A stretch of DNA of 40,707 nucleotides from Octopus sinensis (GCF_006345805.1 NW_021836817.1:1-40707), one strand, 5' to 3'; shown: positions 1 to 11,255, counted from the first letter of the stretch. Program-made: numbers and translations. Notes: a model not told the origin generated them from the sequence alone.

Positions 1-220
1 GCTCATGTGGAAACATTAACCATCAGAAAGCTTTCTATTCTTGGGTCAAGAAACCAAAGGCTCCTTTGCTACTGACACCGTAACCACAACAGCATTAACT
101 GAAATGACAATGAAAGCAACAACGACAACCACCGAGAAAAGTTTAACAGAAGAAACCAATGCCAAGACAGTTGAAGAATTTACTATCAACACAGACACAA
201 GTGGCAAAATGCATTTGAAT

Positions 221-397
221 TGGATGCCTTGATGTGGCAGTGTTGACATGAAACAGCAACAGTGGATATTTTAGGTCATATCTAGAGCACGTATTAGATA
301 AGCAGATAGTATTGGATATCTACAATTTTAACTGGTTATGTACAGAAACCCTGAATTTCTGATCTGCTTTGTTGACTAAGATAGGACCCATAGACAG
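221..397 (+). mobile_element. Displaced duplicate fragment of LINE endonuclease coding sequence (copy of 1384-1567)
   Basis: Aligns by eye to 1384-1567 at high identity (tggatgccttgatgtggcagtgttgacatg...ggacccatagacag). It lacks a 7-nt segment present in the downstream copy, which breaks the frame. Confidence 0.7.
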
Positions 398-1099
398 TTT
401 TCATAATCTGTAATTTCTTGGTAAGGATGGGGAGCAGGAGAAGCAAGCCAAGACACAGTAATCTATTTATCAGTGGGGCCCAAAAATAATGAAAATGAAT
501 AAAAAAAGGGACCATGACCCCCAACATACACACACGCACACACACATACGCATGTATGCACACATGCACACATACACACAAGAAAATATTTGGAATATGA
601 GTGAAAAACTTACTGATCAGTAAACCCTTGGCATAACCATCAAAATAACATCAAGAACAACAAAGAATAAAATTCAAAACTACTACAGCAGCAGCCAAAT
701 TCTTAATCATACCATTATCACCACTAAGAGAAAAAGCTGCAAACAGAACAAGGAACAATGTAAACAAACGCTCCACAAAGTTTACCATTGTAAATAAAAA
801 TCTCAGTGACTTGATGGAACACATATCAATGTACATGAAAAAATATGAAGACAAAGGTGTAAGGGATTTTCAGGACTTCATTCTCAAAACTCCCAAAGAA
901 TAATGACAAATAAAGACATCATCAGATGTTTTCAGAACTCTTCTTAATAGTTTCCCATCGAGCGTGGGGATTATTTTTAGGAAAATAACTGACAAGAGAC
1001 TAAGAGAAGAGCCATTCAAGAAACATCCACCCAAAGAGAGGACTGGATCACTCAGCCTTCTCAGAAATCAATGTGAGCGACCTTTTTTTCCCCCACTGA

Positions 1100-2190
1100 A
1101 TCTGGCAAATATGGCTGTACTTTGGGATTTATCAATGTACATAGGTCAGGTCAGCTTGGAAACAAGATTGTTTGTTCGGTTACCCAGGTAACAGTTTAAG
1201 CTCCATCAAAGTTTGGCTGATTCAGTTTTTTTTTTTTTCAGGTGTCCAGAAGCTTTGCTTGGATCAGCTGCTATTAGTGAAGATGTATTTTAGATGCCTG
1301 CAGAACTGCATGGGGTTAGTACATACAAGCAAGACCACAAAAATATTAAAAACCTCTTAAAAATTTTTCATTTGTCTGATAACTGGATTCCTTGATGTGC
1401 CAGTGTTGACATGAAACGGCTACAGTGGATATTTTAGGTCATATCTAGAGCACGTATTAGATAAGCAGATAGTGGATAGTATTGGATATCTACAATTTTA
1501 ACTGGTTATCTACAGAAACCATGAATTTCTGATCTGCTTTGATGACTAAGAAAGGACCCATAGACAGGGATACAACTACTGGAATTTGCATGTGTTATTA
1601 TTGGTGCATAAAGATTATAGGGACTGGATTAGTGAATTAGTTATGCAGCAGTTGACAGAGCCAATCATTAACAACTGTTGGTAGGGTATCCATTGTTGGT
1701 TGGGCACCCTGCATAAGGTGAGTGAGAATCAGTAGCTTTTAGCAAAGAGCTAGTAACAGAGAAAAATAGACTAGATGAGGTGCTAGTTAGCTATCTTGAA
1801 GATCTGATTAATAAAACCATCACAATTGAATGTGCTAGCAGTAAGACTGACCATACACAATTTTTTCAACAGGAAATATGATGGCTGCATTGTCAAAGCT
1901 AAGATCTTGTGTGGACATGAATAACTGCTGCCTGATGGTTTGCACTGGGAGGACCTTGTCTTTTATACCAAAAAACTTTGGCATAAAAAAAAAGTCTCCT
2001 AGAGTTAATAAAGGAATCAACAGATTCAGAATTACTTAGAATGCCAGAGGTAGAAGATGTCCTCTCCCAGCTATCTCCTCTGGCTGGCAACTGCATGTTG
2101 CATTACAGATTCCATTCCTCTGCAGGATTGTCCTTTCATGGTCAGCATCCTTTCTGTATATTTATGAAGAGCAGTTCTCATCAATTGTTT
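1100..2190 (+). mobile_element. Decayed L1/Tx1-type LINE ORF2 remnant (APE endonuclease C-terminal half plus linker; no RT seen)
   Basis: Manual translation from about 1388, reading through stops: FLDVPVLT*NGYSGYFRSYLEHVLDKQIVDSIGYLQF*LVIYRNHEFLICFDD*ERTHRQGYNYWNLHVLLLVHKDYRDWISELV. This resembles the WTW..SYLDRVL..DH..GxGYWKLNxSLL pattern of L1/Tx1 endonucleases. Downstream NRKYDGCIVKAK resembles the Tx1 linker. Multiple stops and frameshifts; boundaries approximate. Confidence 0.6.
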
Positions 2191-2257
2191 CATTGTGACT
2201 CTTCATTCAGAAGGTGAATACACACACACACATGTATATACATATTTTTTTTTTTTT

Positions 2258-2648
2258 CTTTTCACTTGTTTCAGTCATTTGACTGCGGCCATGCTGGAGC
2301 ACCGCCTTTTAATCGAGCAACTCGACCCCAGGACTTATTCTTTGTTAGCCCAGTGCTTATTCTATCGGATCTTTTTGCCGAACCGCTAAGTGACGGGGAC
2401 GTAAACACACCAGTATCGGTTGTCAAGCAATGCTAGGGGGACAAACACAGACACACACACATACATATATATATATACATATATACGACGGGCTTCTTTC
2501 AGTTTCCGTCTACCAAATCCACTCACAAGGCATTGGTCGGCCCGGGGCTATAGCAGAAGACACTTGCACAAGATGCCACGCAGTGGGACTGAACCCGGAA
2601 CCATGTGGTTGGTTAGCAAGCTACTTACCACACAGCCACACCTGCGCC
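2258..2648 (-). mobile_element. tRNA-derived SINE family A (bipartite, internal TA/TG microsatellite), full length
   Basis: The minus strand starts GGCGCAGGTGTGGCTGTGTGG (A box) ... GGGTTCAGTCCC (B box), then a CORE-like CTTGTGCAAGTGTCTT segment and a 3' half ending ...ATGACTGAAACAAGTGAAAAG. Homologous copies recur at 8937, 15697, 19763 and 28689. Confidence 0.85.
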
Positions 2649-2846
2649 TATATGTGCATATATACAACTACATTCATATATACACACATATATATATATA
2701 TATTCGTTTTCTTTTTATACCTGTCTGTGGACAATGTCACCATGAGGGATGTCATCTACACCTTAACCCTTGTGTAACATTGTTACACAACCACCCCTTG
2801 ACCCTGTCCACTCACTCTGAAGACAAAGACCTGTATATATAACATA

Positions 2847-3028
2847 TACAAGGTGGGCACTGAAAAGTTCCTGGCTTTGAGTAAAAGAAAATACAGGAAG
2901 ATCAGTTGATTATGATTTTATTCAACATATTCCCCTCTCAGATTCACACATTTACTGCAGTGGTCCTTCAGTTTTTCTGAGCCCTGCAAAAATCTCAGAA
3001 TGTTGGACTTCCAACCAGGCCTTTCATG
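2847..3028 (+). mobile_element. Mariner-derived MITE, copy 1 (one TIR)
   Basis: Starts TACAAGGTGGGCACTGAAAAGTTCC; homologous to 3091-3302 and, inverted, to 21647-21873. Confidence 0.7.
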
Positions 3029-3034
3029 TGTGTA

Positions 3035-3090
<56 letters not shown>

Positions 3091-3092
<2 letters not shown>

Positions 3093-3302
3093 CAAGTGGT
3101 TCTTGAAAAGTTCTTGGCTTGGGGAAAAGAAAATACAGAAGGATTAGCTGATTATAACTTTATTCAATGTATTCCCCTCTCAGATTCACACACTTATTGC
3201 AGCAGTCCTTCAGTTTTTCTAAGCCCTGTAAAAAGGACTCAGAAGGTTGGGCCTCTAATCAGGCCTTTCATGATACAAGGAACTTTTCAGCATACCCTCA
3301 TA
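3091..3302 (+). mobile_element. Mariner-derived MITE, copy 2 (both TIRs, decayed)
   Basis: TGAAAAGTTC(T)TGG at the left end and CAAGGAACTTTTCAGCATACCCTCATA at the right end are imperfect inverted repeats ending in TA. Confidence 0.7.
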
Positions 3303-3403
3303 TATATGTGTGTGTGTGTGTACATATATATAGATACATATATATTTATGCATATGCACACACACACATGTATATACCACCCATAACTTTTTTTTTTTTT
3401 TTT

Positions 3404-3720
3404 CAAAGACTCCGCCGGTTACGACGACGAGGGTCCCAGCTGATACGATCAACGGAACAGCTTGCTCGTGAAATAACGTGCAAATGGCTGAGCATTCCAC
3501 AGACACGTGTACCCTTAACGTATTCTCGGGGAGAACAGCGTGACACAGAGAGTGACAAGGCTGACCCTTTAAATACAAGTAACAACTCATTTTGCCAGCT
3601 GAGATGGATGGAGCAACGTGAAATAAAGTGTTGCTCAAGGACACAACGCGTCGCGGGAATCGAAATCACAACCTTACGATCATGAGCCGAATGCCCTAAC
3701 CACTAAGCCACACGCCCTCC
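3404..3720 (-). mobile_element. tRNA-derived CORE-like SINE family B, full length
   Basis: The minus strand reads GGAGGGCGTGTGGCTTAGTGGTTAGGGCATTCGGCTCATGATCGTAAGGTTGTGATTTCGATTCCC (A and B boxes), then GTGTCCTTGAGCAACACTTT (CORE-like). It ends in an A-rich tail. CpGs are retained, so it is relatively young. Confidence 0.8.
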
Positions 3721-4061
3721 CACCCATAACTAGATGTAAGGCAAATTCAGGATGCTTCATATGATATGGTTGTAAGGATATCTGCTTTCTACACTTGCAA
3801 GGATAGTGGCCCCCTTCATTATTGTTCAACCGAATTAGCTGCCCCTTACCCCCCATAATACACTGTGCTATTGAAAGGGCATGTTGGATAATGTTGAATA
3901 ACTCTAGCCTTCCATATATATATATGTATCTGGACAGAAAATAATGGGACGGTCATGGATGGAATGCTTTTGATCCTAATTCTGGTTACTTGGGACTGAC
4001 CTGAGATTAAACAATAACCTCTCACTTTCCATTTCTTCCTTACACTCATTCTATCGTCTTG

Positions 4062-4116
<55 letters not shown>

Positions 4117-4369
4117 ACACACACATAAACATATAACAGATATCCAGATATGTTTACTACACATACAAACACACAGATACAAAAACATACATGCACATGT
4201 TCTTATAAATACTCATACATATACACACACGCATACACGGGCATATACATATTTTCCCAACCCCAAATATGCTTACATTCTTACATACACACACATGCAC
4301 ACACACACACACACACACACACATAAATACAGTTGCACATACACACCAATAAAAGCACCAAGTAAAAGA

Positions 4370-4596
4370 AAGGGGTCCTTTATGAGGCCACTCAAGCAAT
4401 CTGCTCTTTGTAGCAGCTAAATATCCCTCTTATCTATATTTTTAAAAAATGGACAGACAGATTGAAAGAATATAGTCTAGGATGCACTCAGAAACACATA
4501 AGAAAAATCAGACAGGATAGTCAAGGCTGGAATGTCTTTGATCATAGTTCTGCTCAATCAGTGCATGCTGGACCTGGGGTTAAACAACAACAACAT
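4370..4596 (+). mobile_element. Old interspersed repeat family G ending in GACCTGGGGTTAAACAACAAC
   Basis: Diverged homologues at about 3830-4020, 20398-20580 (-), 26105-26310 (-), 33375-33556 and 35060-35400 share the motifs GCAGCYAAATCT, GGTCATGGCTGGAATG, CTTTGATCAT and an (AAC)n tail. Retroposon 3' end by inference. Confidence 0.55.
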
Positions 4597-4699
4597 TAAA
4601 AGAAATTATATGCCTACAACCACCCTTATCACCACCACCACCACCACCACTACAACAGGAAAAATACATAAAATGATGTAATCATAAGGCATAGGAGGA

Positions 4700-4877
4700 G
4701 GAGTGGTAGTGACTGGACACTGGAGGAGGAGAAAGAGAACATGGAGGAAGAGAAGGAAGTAGGAATATGTGTGAGGAGCGGTGGGATGGGGAATGAAGTG
4801 AGAGGGAAGGTGGGAGGAAGAGCTACAGCGGGGGTAGGGGAGACGTGTGCATAAAAAGCTTCATAAAAAAAAACAGA

Positions 4878-4931
<54 letters not shown>

Positions 4932-5398
4932 CAGTGTGAGGATGGTGGGAGAGGAAGGAAGCTGTAGTAAAGGGTGGGAGGAAGTGGAAAATGAAAAAAA
5001 AAACCCATTTATGAGAAGAGAGCAGGCAGGAAGATGAGAGGAGGCGGAAGAGGGTTAAATGGTGTGGGGGGGAGGAACAAATGAGGAGGAGTGAGAGTGG
5101 ATAGAGAGAAGAAGAAGGAGGCTGAAGTGAATGAGAAGGAGTAAGAGGAGAGGGAGGAAAAGGAGAGAGAGGAAGAAGAGGGGAGGAAGAGGAGAAAGAG
5201 GAGGAGAAACAAAGATCATACAATGAAGAGAACTGCACTGTGGTAGTGGGAGGTAGTTGTATTTTGTGGAGGAGGAGGCAGAGGAGGCAACAGAACGGCA
5301 AGGAAGGGGAGGAAAATGAAGGTGCGAGAGAGCCTGGGATAGTAGTAGGGTAGAAGGAAGAGGGATGGAAGGAAGAGGTAAGAGCGAGAGAGACAGGA

Positions 5399-5463
<65 letters not shown>

Positions 5464-6469
5464 CAGAGAGGAGTAGAGAAAAAAACAAATTAGGAAGAGA
5501 AACTAAGAGAAAGGTGATGATGATGAAGATGATGTTGATGATGATGATGATGTTGATGATGATGATGATGATGATGATGGTGATGATGGTGATGGTGATG
5601 ATGATGATGTTGAGGAGAAGGAGGAGGAGGAGGAGGTGAAGGAAGAAGAGGAGGGGATGGATGAGTGGTGGTCGTTGTTTAGAATGGAGATGGTGAGGGG
5701 GTAAGTTGAGTGGGGAGGTGGGAGGCTGTGAAAGATGAAGAAGAGAATGAGGAAACCGAAGAATTATTAGAATGAGTAGCAGTAAGAGGAGGCAATAGAA
5801 TGGGTGGAGAGGAAAAATGAATGGAAGGTGGAGGGGGTCAGCAGCAGCAGCTCATCGGCTGCAGCATCCATATTTTTTATATTCCCTTCCTCTCTCTCTC
5901 TCTCTCCCTCTTTAGTCTCTCACTCACACTAACTCTCTCTCTCTCTCTCTGCCTTTTTCTCTCCCCCTCTCTCACTGCCTCTCAATCTCTTCTTTCCCTC
6001 TTTAGTCTCTCTCTCATACTCTCTCTCTCACTGCATTTTCTCACCCCCTCTCTCCCTTCCTCTCTTTCTCTCTCACTCTCTCAATCTCTCTTCACTACAC
6101 TTTCCCTTTTTAGCTCCTCTCTCAATTTTTTTACCTCACTCCATCACTAATCACTTTCTCTCTCTCCTCTCTCTTTATACTTCTCTCTTTCTCTCACTTT
6201 GACCTCACACTCTTACTCTTCCTCTCTATATACATTTCTTTAATCACTATCATCACCATCATCATCCTCATCACCACAGTCCTTGCAATCACCACCACCA
6301 CCATCATCATCATTGTCATTGCCTGTTGGCCTTGTCATCATCATCATCATCATCATCATTGGTTGCATTATTGTCATCACCATGACAATCATCATCACTA
6401 GCATTATCACTATCAGCATAACCTACACCATGACAATAATAGTAATTCTTCTTCTTCTTCTTCTTCTTC

Positions 6470-6529
<60 letters not shown>

Positions 6530-6540
6530 CATCATGCATG
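4700..6540. repeat. Compound low-complexity tract: (TAG)n, purine-rich GA/GGA, (GA)n, (GAT)n, then pyrimidine-rich (CT)n, (CAT)n, (ATT)n
   Basis: Directly visible simple repeats. Confidence 0.9.
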
Positions 6541-6542
6541 CA

Positions 6543-6752
6543 GTGAGATGGCAGGACCATCAGCGTGCTGGGTGAAATGCTTAGCGGCATTCCATCTGCT
6601 GTTACATTCTGATTTCAAATTCCGCTGGGGTCGACTTTACCTTTAATCCTTTGGGGAGGGATTAAACAAGTACCAGTTACACACTGGGGTAGATGTAATC
6701 AACTTAATCGCTTCCCCCAAATTTAAGGCCTTGGGCTTCCAGTAGAAAGAAC
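6543..6752 (+). mobile_element. tRNA-derived SINE family C, followed by a long (ATT)n tail to about 7060
   Basis: GATGGCAG..GAAATGCTTAGC..TTCAAATTCCGCTGGGGTCGACTTT..AAGTACCAGTT..CTGGGGT..GTAATC; homologous to 7621-7836 and 13664-13880. Confidence 0.75.
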
Positions 6753-6809
6753 TATTATTATCATTATCATTATTATTATTAGTATTATTTATTATCATTA
6801 TCATTATTA

Positions 6810-6888
<79 letters not shown>

Positions 6889-6978
6889 CATTATTATATT
6901 ATTATTATTATTTTATTATTATTATATTAATTATCATTATTATTATCATTATCATCATTTTCATTATTATTATTATTT

Positions 6979-7021
<43 letters not shown>

Positions 7022-7062
7022 TCATCATTATTATTATTATTGTTGTTGTTGTTGTTGTTACT

Positions 7063-7290
7063 AAGGCAATAAGATGGCACACACGTTAGCATGCTGGATG
7101 AGATGCTCAGTGGTATTTCGTCAACCACTACATTATGAGTTCAAATTCCAGAGGTCAACTTTTCCTTTCATCCTTTTGTAGTCGATGAATTAAGTACCAG
7201 TTGAATACTGGGGGATGAATGTAATCGATTTAACCCCTTCCCACCAAATTTCAGACCTTGGGCCTATAGTAGAAAGGATTATTATTATTA
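7063..7290 (+). mobile_element. SINE family C copy
   Basis: Same motifs (GAGTTCAAATTCC, CCTTTCATCC, AAGTACCAGTT, AAATTTCAG.CCTTG, TAGAAAGGATTATT). Confidence 0.75.
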
Positions 7291-7293
7291 TGG

Positions 7294-7495
7294 TTAAGGT
7301 GACGAGCTGGCAGAATCATCAGCACGCTGGACGAAATGCTTAGCCTATCACCATGCTGGGAGTTCAAATTCCTCCGAGGTCAGTTTTGCCTTTCATTCTT
7401 TTGGGGCTGATACCAGTGAAACACAGGGGTTAATATATCACTTCCCCACAAATTTCAGGCCTTCTACCTTTAATTGAAAGAATTATTATTATTAT
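7294..7495 (+). mobile_element. SINE family C copy (internally deleted)
   Basis: GAGCTGGCAGAATC..GAGTTCAAATTCC..GCCTTTCAT..AAATTTCAGGCCTT..GAAAGAATTATT. Confidence 0.7.
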
Positions 7496-7499
7496 GATA

Positions 7500-7612
7500 G
7501 GGCAGCAAGCTGGCGGAATCATTACCACACAAGAAAGAATGCTTAGCAACATTTCTTCCAACTTGGCATTCTGAGTTCAAATGCCACTGGGGTAACCTTT
7601 TAGGGCTGATAA
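7500..7612 (+). mobile_element. SINE family C 5' fragment
   Basis: GCTGGCGGAATC..GAATGCTTAGC..TTCTGAGTTCAAAT. Confidence 0.6.
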
Positions 7613-7620
7613 TATATGTT

Positions 7621-7836
7621 TGTTTATTACCCACAAGGGGCTAAACATAGAGGGGACAAACAAGGACAGACAAACGGATTAAGTTGATTACATCGACCCC
7701 AGTGCGTAACTGGTACTTAATTTATCGACCCCGAAAGGATGAAAGGCAAAGTCGACCTCGGCGGAATTTGAACCCAGAACGCAGCGACAGGCAAAATATC
7801 GCGAAGCACTTCGCCCAGCATGCTAACATCTCTGCC
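7621..7836 (-). mobile_element. SINE family C, young copy with alternative tail
   Basis: The plus strand shows CCCACAAGGGGCTAAAC..CGACCCCGAAAGGATGAAAGGCAAAGTCGACCTCGGCGGAATTTGAAC; it is closely similar to 13664-13880. Confidence 0.85.
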
Positions 7837-8199
7837 TGGAGGTGGTGGTGGTGGTGTTGATGTTGATGGTGGTGGTGGTGGCAACAATTTATTCAGCTGT
7901 GATGGGCAGCAGCTGGGTGCTGGTGAAGTCCTTTTCCTTTCCAACTGTCATATGCTGGATCGCCTGCTCGGTCAAGGGTGAGGGAGCAAAGAGGGTCCTA
8001 TCTGCTTCTGCTTACATAGAGAAGTAAAAGGATTAGCGAAAACATGGTATGAATTAGCAGGTTATACTACGTTGCGAGTGATGGCTGCAGGTACCCTGCC
8101 TTTTCTATCTTACCCCTTCTCTGCGTGTGTGTATGTATGTATATATATATATATGTCTGTGTGTGTATACATACATATTGAAAAGACTGCCTCCACGCG

Positions 8200-8700
8200 C
8201 TGCTACTACACTTTCGTCCTTGCCAGCAAAAGGCTTCTTCGTTCGTCCCCTTGTGTGGTTGATTTCCTGTATAGTATTCTTGTTATTTTCTCGTTTTGTA
8301 ACTAATTGTACTTTTTGTACATGTATTTTTATTTTTGCAGTTTTATCGTTTGTCTATGCCAGAAAAAAGGCTTTTTCGTTCGTCCTCTTGTGTTTGTTTT
8401 TGTACATGTATTTAATTTTGCAGTCTTATTGTTACGTCTTGTTTGTGTTCGTACTCATTTTGCCCCGCTGCTTGAAATTTTATTTTAATTCTCTCGCAGG
8501 AAGGCCTATTGGATTAGTGTTCTGTTATGCCTTCGACATGCCTGACTCCTCTAGCGACAGCTGATGACGGGGGTTTTGTCCTGTGTAGCTCGTCCTGTAT
8601 TTGTTTCGTTTTCTTTTCTTCGTTTTCCGTTTTCTTGTTTTTTGTTTTTTGCTTTTTCCGTTTCTACGTCTTTTTGTGATGTCCTGTACTCCCATATAAT
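8200..8700 (+). mobile_element. Interspersed repeat family H (internal duplication; CTGATGA box; ends GATGTCCTGTAC..CATAT)
   Basis: Shares GCAGGAAGG, GCCTTCG, GACARCTGANGA and a T-rich tail ending TGATGTCCTGTAC with 33922-34155. The tail matches the left arm of 10922-11255 in reverse. A Penelope-like origin is inference. Confidence 0.5.
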
Positions 8701-8835
8701 TATTTATATATGCATGTAATATTACATGTAGATGTAGGTACGTACATATATGTTTTTATGTATGCATATATTTGTATTTATCTCCTATATATAAATATAT
8801 ATATAAAGATGTGTGTGTGTAAAGATTTATATATA

Positions 8836-8889
<54 letters not shown>

Positions 8890-8936
8890 TATATATGTAC
8901 ATATACAATAAAAATATATATTATATATATATATTT

Positions 8937-9728
8937 TCTTTTACTTGTATCAGTCATTTGACCGTTGCCATGCTGGAGCACTGTCTTTAGTTGAGCAAAT
9001 CAATCCCAGGACTTATTCTTTGTAAGCCTGGTACTTATTCTATCGGTCTCTTTTCGCCAAATCACTCAGTTATCGGGATGTAAACACACCAGTATTGGTT
9101 GTCAAGTGATGTTGTGGGAACAAACACTCATACACAAACACACACATACATATATATATATAATATTAAATTAGAGACAAAACCACTATTAGGCAAATCA
9201 TACAATGAAAAACTTAAGCCAATACATAAGATTATTTAATTTATATTATTTAAATATATAACAAAATTATTAAAAAAATATAATTAATTATATTAATTGT
9301 ATTTTTTAATTATATTTTTTTAATAATTTTGTTATATATTTAAAAATATAAATTAAATAATCTTATGTATTGGCTTAAGTTTTTCATTGTATGATTTGCC
9401 TAATAGTGGTTTTGTCTCTAATTTAATATTATAAATATTTTACTATAAATTGGATTCAATCCTAAATCTGATTTTTCCCTGTAAGTTTGGATTTATTCCC
9501 TAATATTATTATATATATATATATTATAATATCTCTTAATATATATATATATATAATAATATATAGTATTATACGATGGTCTTCTTTCAGTTTCTGTCTA
9601 CCAAATCCACTTACAAGGGGTTTTGGCCAGCCCAAGGATATAGTAGAAGACACTTGCCCAAGGTGCCAAGCAGTGGGACTGAACCCGAGATCATATGGTT
9701 GGTAAGCAAGCTACTTACCACACAGCCA
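8937..9728 (-). mobile_element. SINE family A interrupted in its internal microsatellite by a palindromic insertion
   Basis: 3' half at 8937-9150 and 5' half at 9571-9728, both homologous to 2258-2648. The insertion at about 9160-9510 lies between them. Confidence 0.8.
9160..9432. repeat. Near-perfect fold-back inverted repeat (arms about 128 bp, spacer about 20 bp)
   Basis: Left ATAATATTAAATTAGAGACAAAACCACTATTAGGCAAATCATACAATGAAAAACTTAAGCCAATACATAAG is the exact reverse complement of the right end. The same arm family occurs at 11350 and 11731. Confidence 0.9.
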
Positions 9729-9746
9729 ATACACACATACATATAT

Positions 9747-9902
9747 CATCCTCCTCCTCATCATCATCATGTTTAACGTCTGCCTTCCATGCTAGCATGA
9801 GTTGGATGGTTTAACAGGAGCTAGCCAGGCAAAAGCCTGCACCAGACCTCTGTGTTTTGGCAGGATTTCTATGGCTGGATGCCCTTCCTAACACCAACCA
9901 CC
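9747..9902 (-). mobile_element. Retroposon 3' end with (GAT)n tail (RTE-like by inference)
   Basis: (CAT)n-GTTTAACGTC.GC.TTCCATGCTAGCATG..GGCTGGATGCCCTTCCTAAC. Shorter copies at about 10274-10315, 27500-27540 (+), 32430-32530 (+) and 33829-33882. Confidence 0.6.
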
Positions 9903-10313
9903 GAGCACATAAAAATGTTCGTGTGTGTGTGTATATACACACATGTTATGGAGATGTAAACACATCAACTCCAGTTACCAAGCGGAGGTGGGGGATGAAC
10001 ACAAGCACAAAGACACACACATATCTGTATATATATGTATATAAATATACATCTATTTCTATATCTATCTGTCTATCTATCTATATACATATATATATAT
10101 ATCATATATTATATATATATACATATATACTTATGCATATATATATATATTATCTATATATATATATAATATATAAAATATATATATATATATTACATAG
10201 ACATACATACATATATACATACATTCATATTACATGGACATAAATACATATACATCTATCTATTATATATATCATCATCATCATCATCATCATCATCGTT
10301 TAACATCCGTTCT

Positions 10314-10346
<33 letters not shown>

Positions 10347-10921
10347 AAATATGAGCAAAACATTCAAACACTAAGATTTGAAATAAGATGTCACTACTGT
10401 TAATATCATCTGTGGATAATAAAGTTTAAAATTGATGGTATCAACAGCTGTAACAGAGGTGGTCTGCAGGCAAATAGCATTATTTAGCTATGATTTACAA
10501 ATTTGCATGAAGCATAAAGATGCTTAAAAGCATGCACCTGCTAGAAATAAGAGCTAAAGTCTTAATTAAAGTACCATGCAACACCAAGATTACAGAGGAA
10601 AGCAATAGGCGAAGAGACGGAAAGAATTAATACCTTTAAAAGCAAAAAATAAAATAAAATATTATGCAGTTTAGGACATGAGTAGTTATATACATATACA
10701 TATATATATATATATATATAGAGGAGAGAGAGAGAGAGAGAAATAGATAGCTAGATAGATAGATAGATAGATAGATAGATATATAAATAGATAGATAGAT
10801 AGATAGATAGCTAGATAAAACTTTCTTAGAAAAGGATGCATGGCATTCAATCATATAATAATATGAATAATATAAATATATATGCATACATATACGTACA
10901 TATTACATGTATACATATATA

Positions 10922-11255
10922 CATATGCATATGTGGGCACAGGACATCACAAAACATAAACAACAAATAATACGAAGTACGAGAACATGGAATAAGGACT
11001 TTTTTTGCAAACAACAAAAGAAACAAAAGGAAAACAAGACAAGCAATACGAAGAGCGATCCTTCATCAGTTGCTCGCTGTTTTTCTAATCCGTATTTCGA
11101 GCAATTCACAACATGATACACTTTCAAAAAAACAATTGCTCCCACAAAGCAAATTAAATAAAATTTTTGCAAAAAAAGTCCTTATTCCATGTCCTCGTAC
11201 TTCGTATTTTTTGATGTTTATGTTCAGTGACATCCACTGCCCACATATGCATATG
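10922..11255. mobile_element. Element with about 90-bp terminal inverted repeats, family H related
   Basis: Left CATATGCATATGTGGGCA..TACGAAGTACGAGAACATGGAATAAGGACTTTTTTTGCAAA pairs with right TTTGCAAAAAAAGTCCTTATTCCATGTCCTCGTACTTCGTA..TGCCCACATATGCATATG. Confidence 0.75.

Noticed and set aside
41-232. Thr-rich ORF at the window start
   Set aside because: It runs into the duplicated LINE fragment and has no recognisable domain; it may be decayed LINE ORF1, but I cannot support that.
3167-3685. 172-aa ORF
   Set aside because: Read-through across a MITE, a microsatellite and an antisense SINE.
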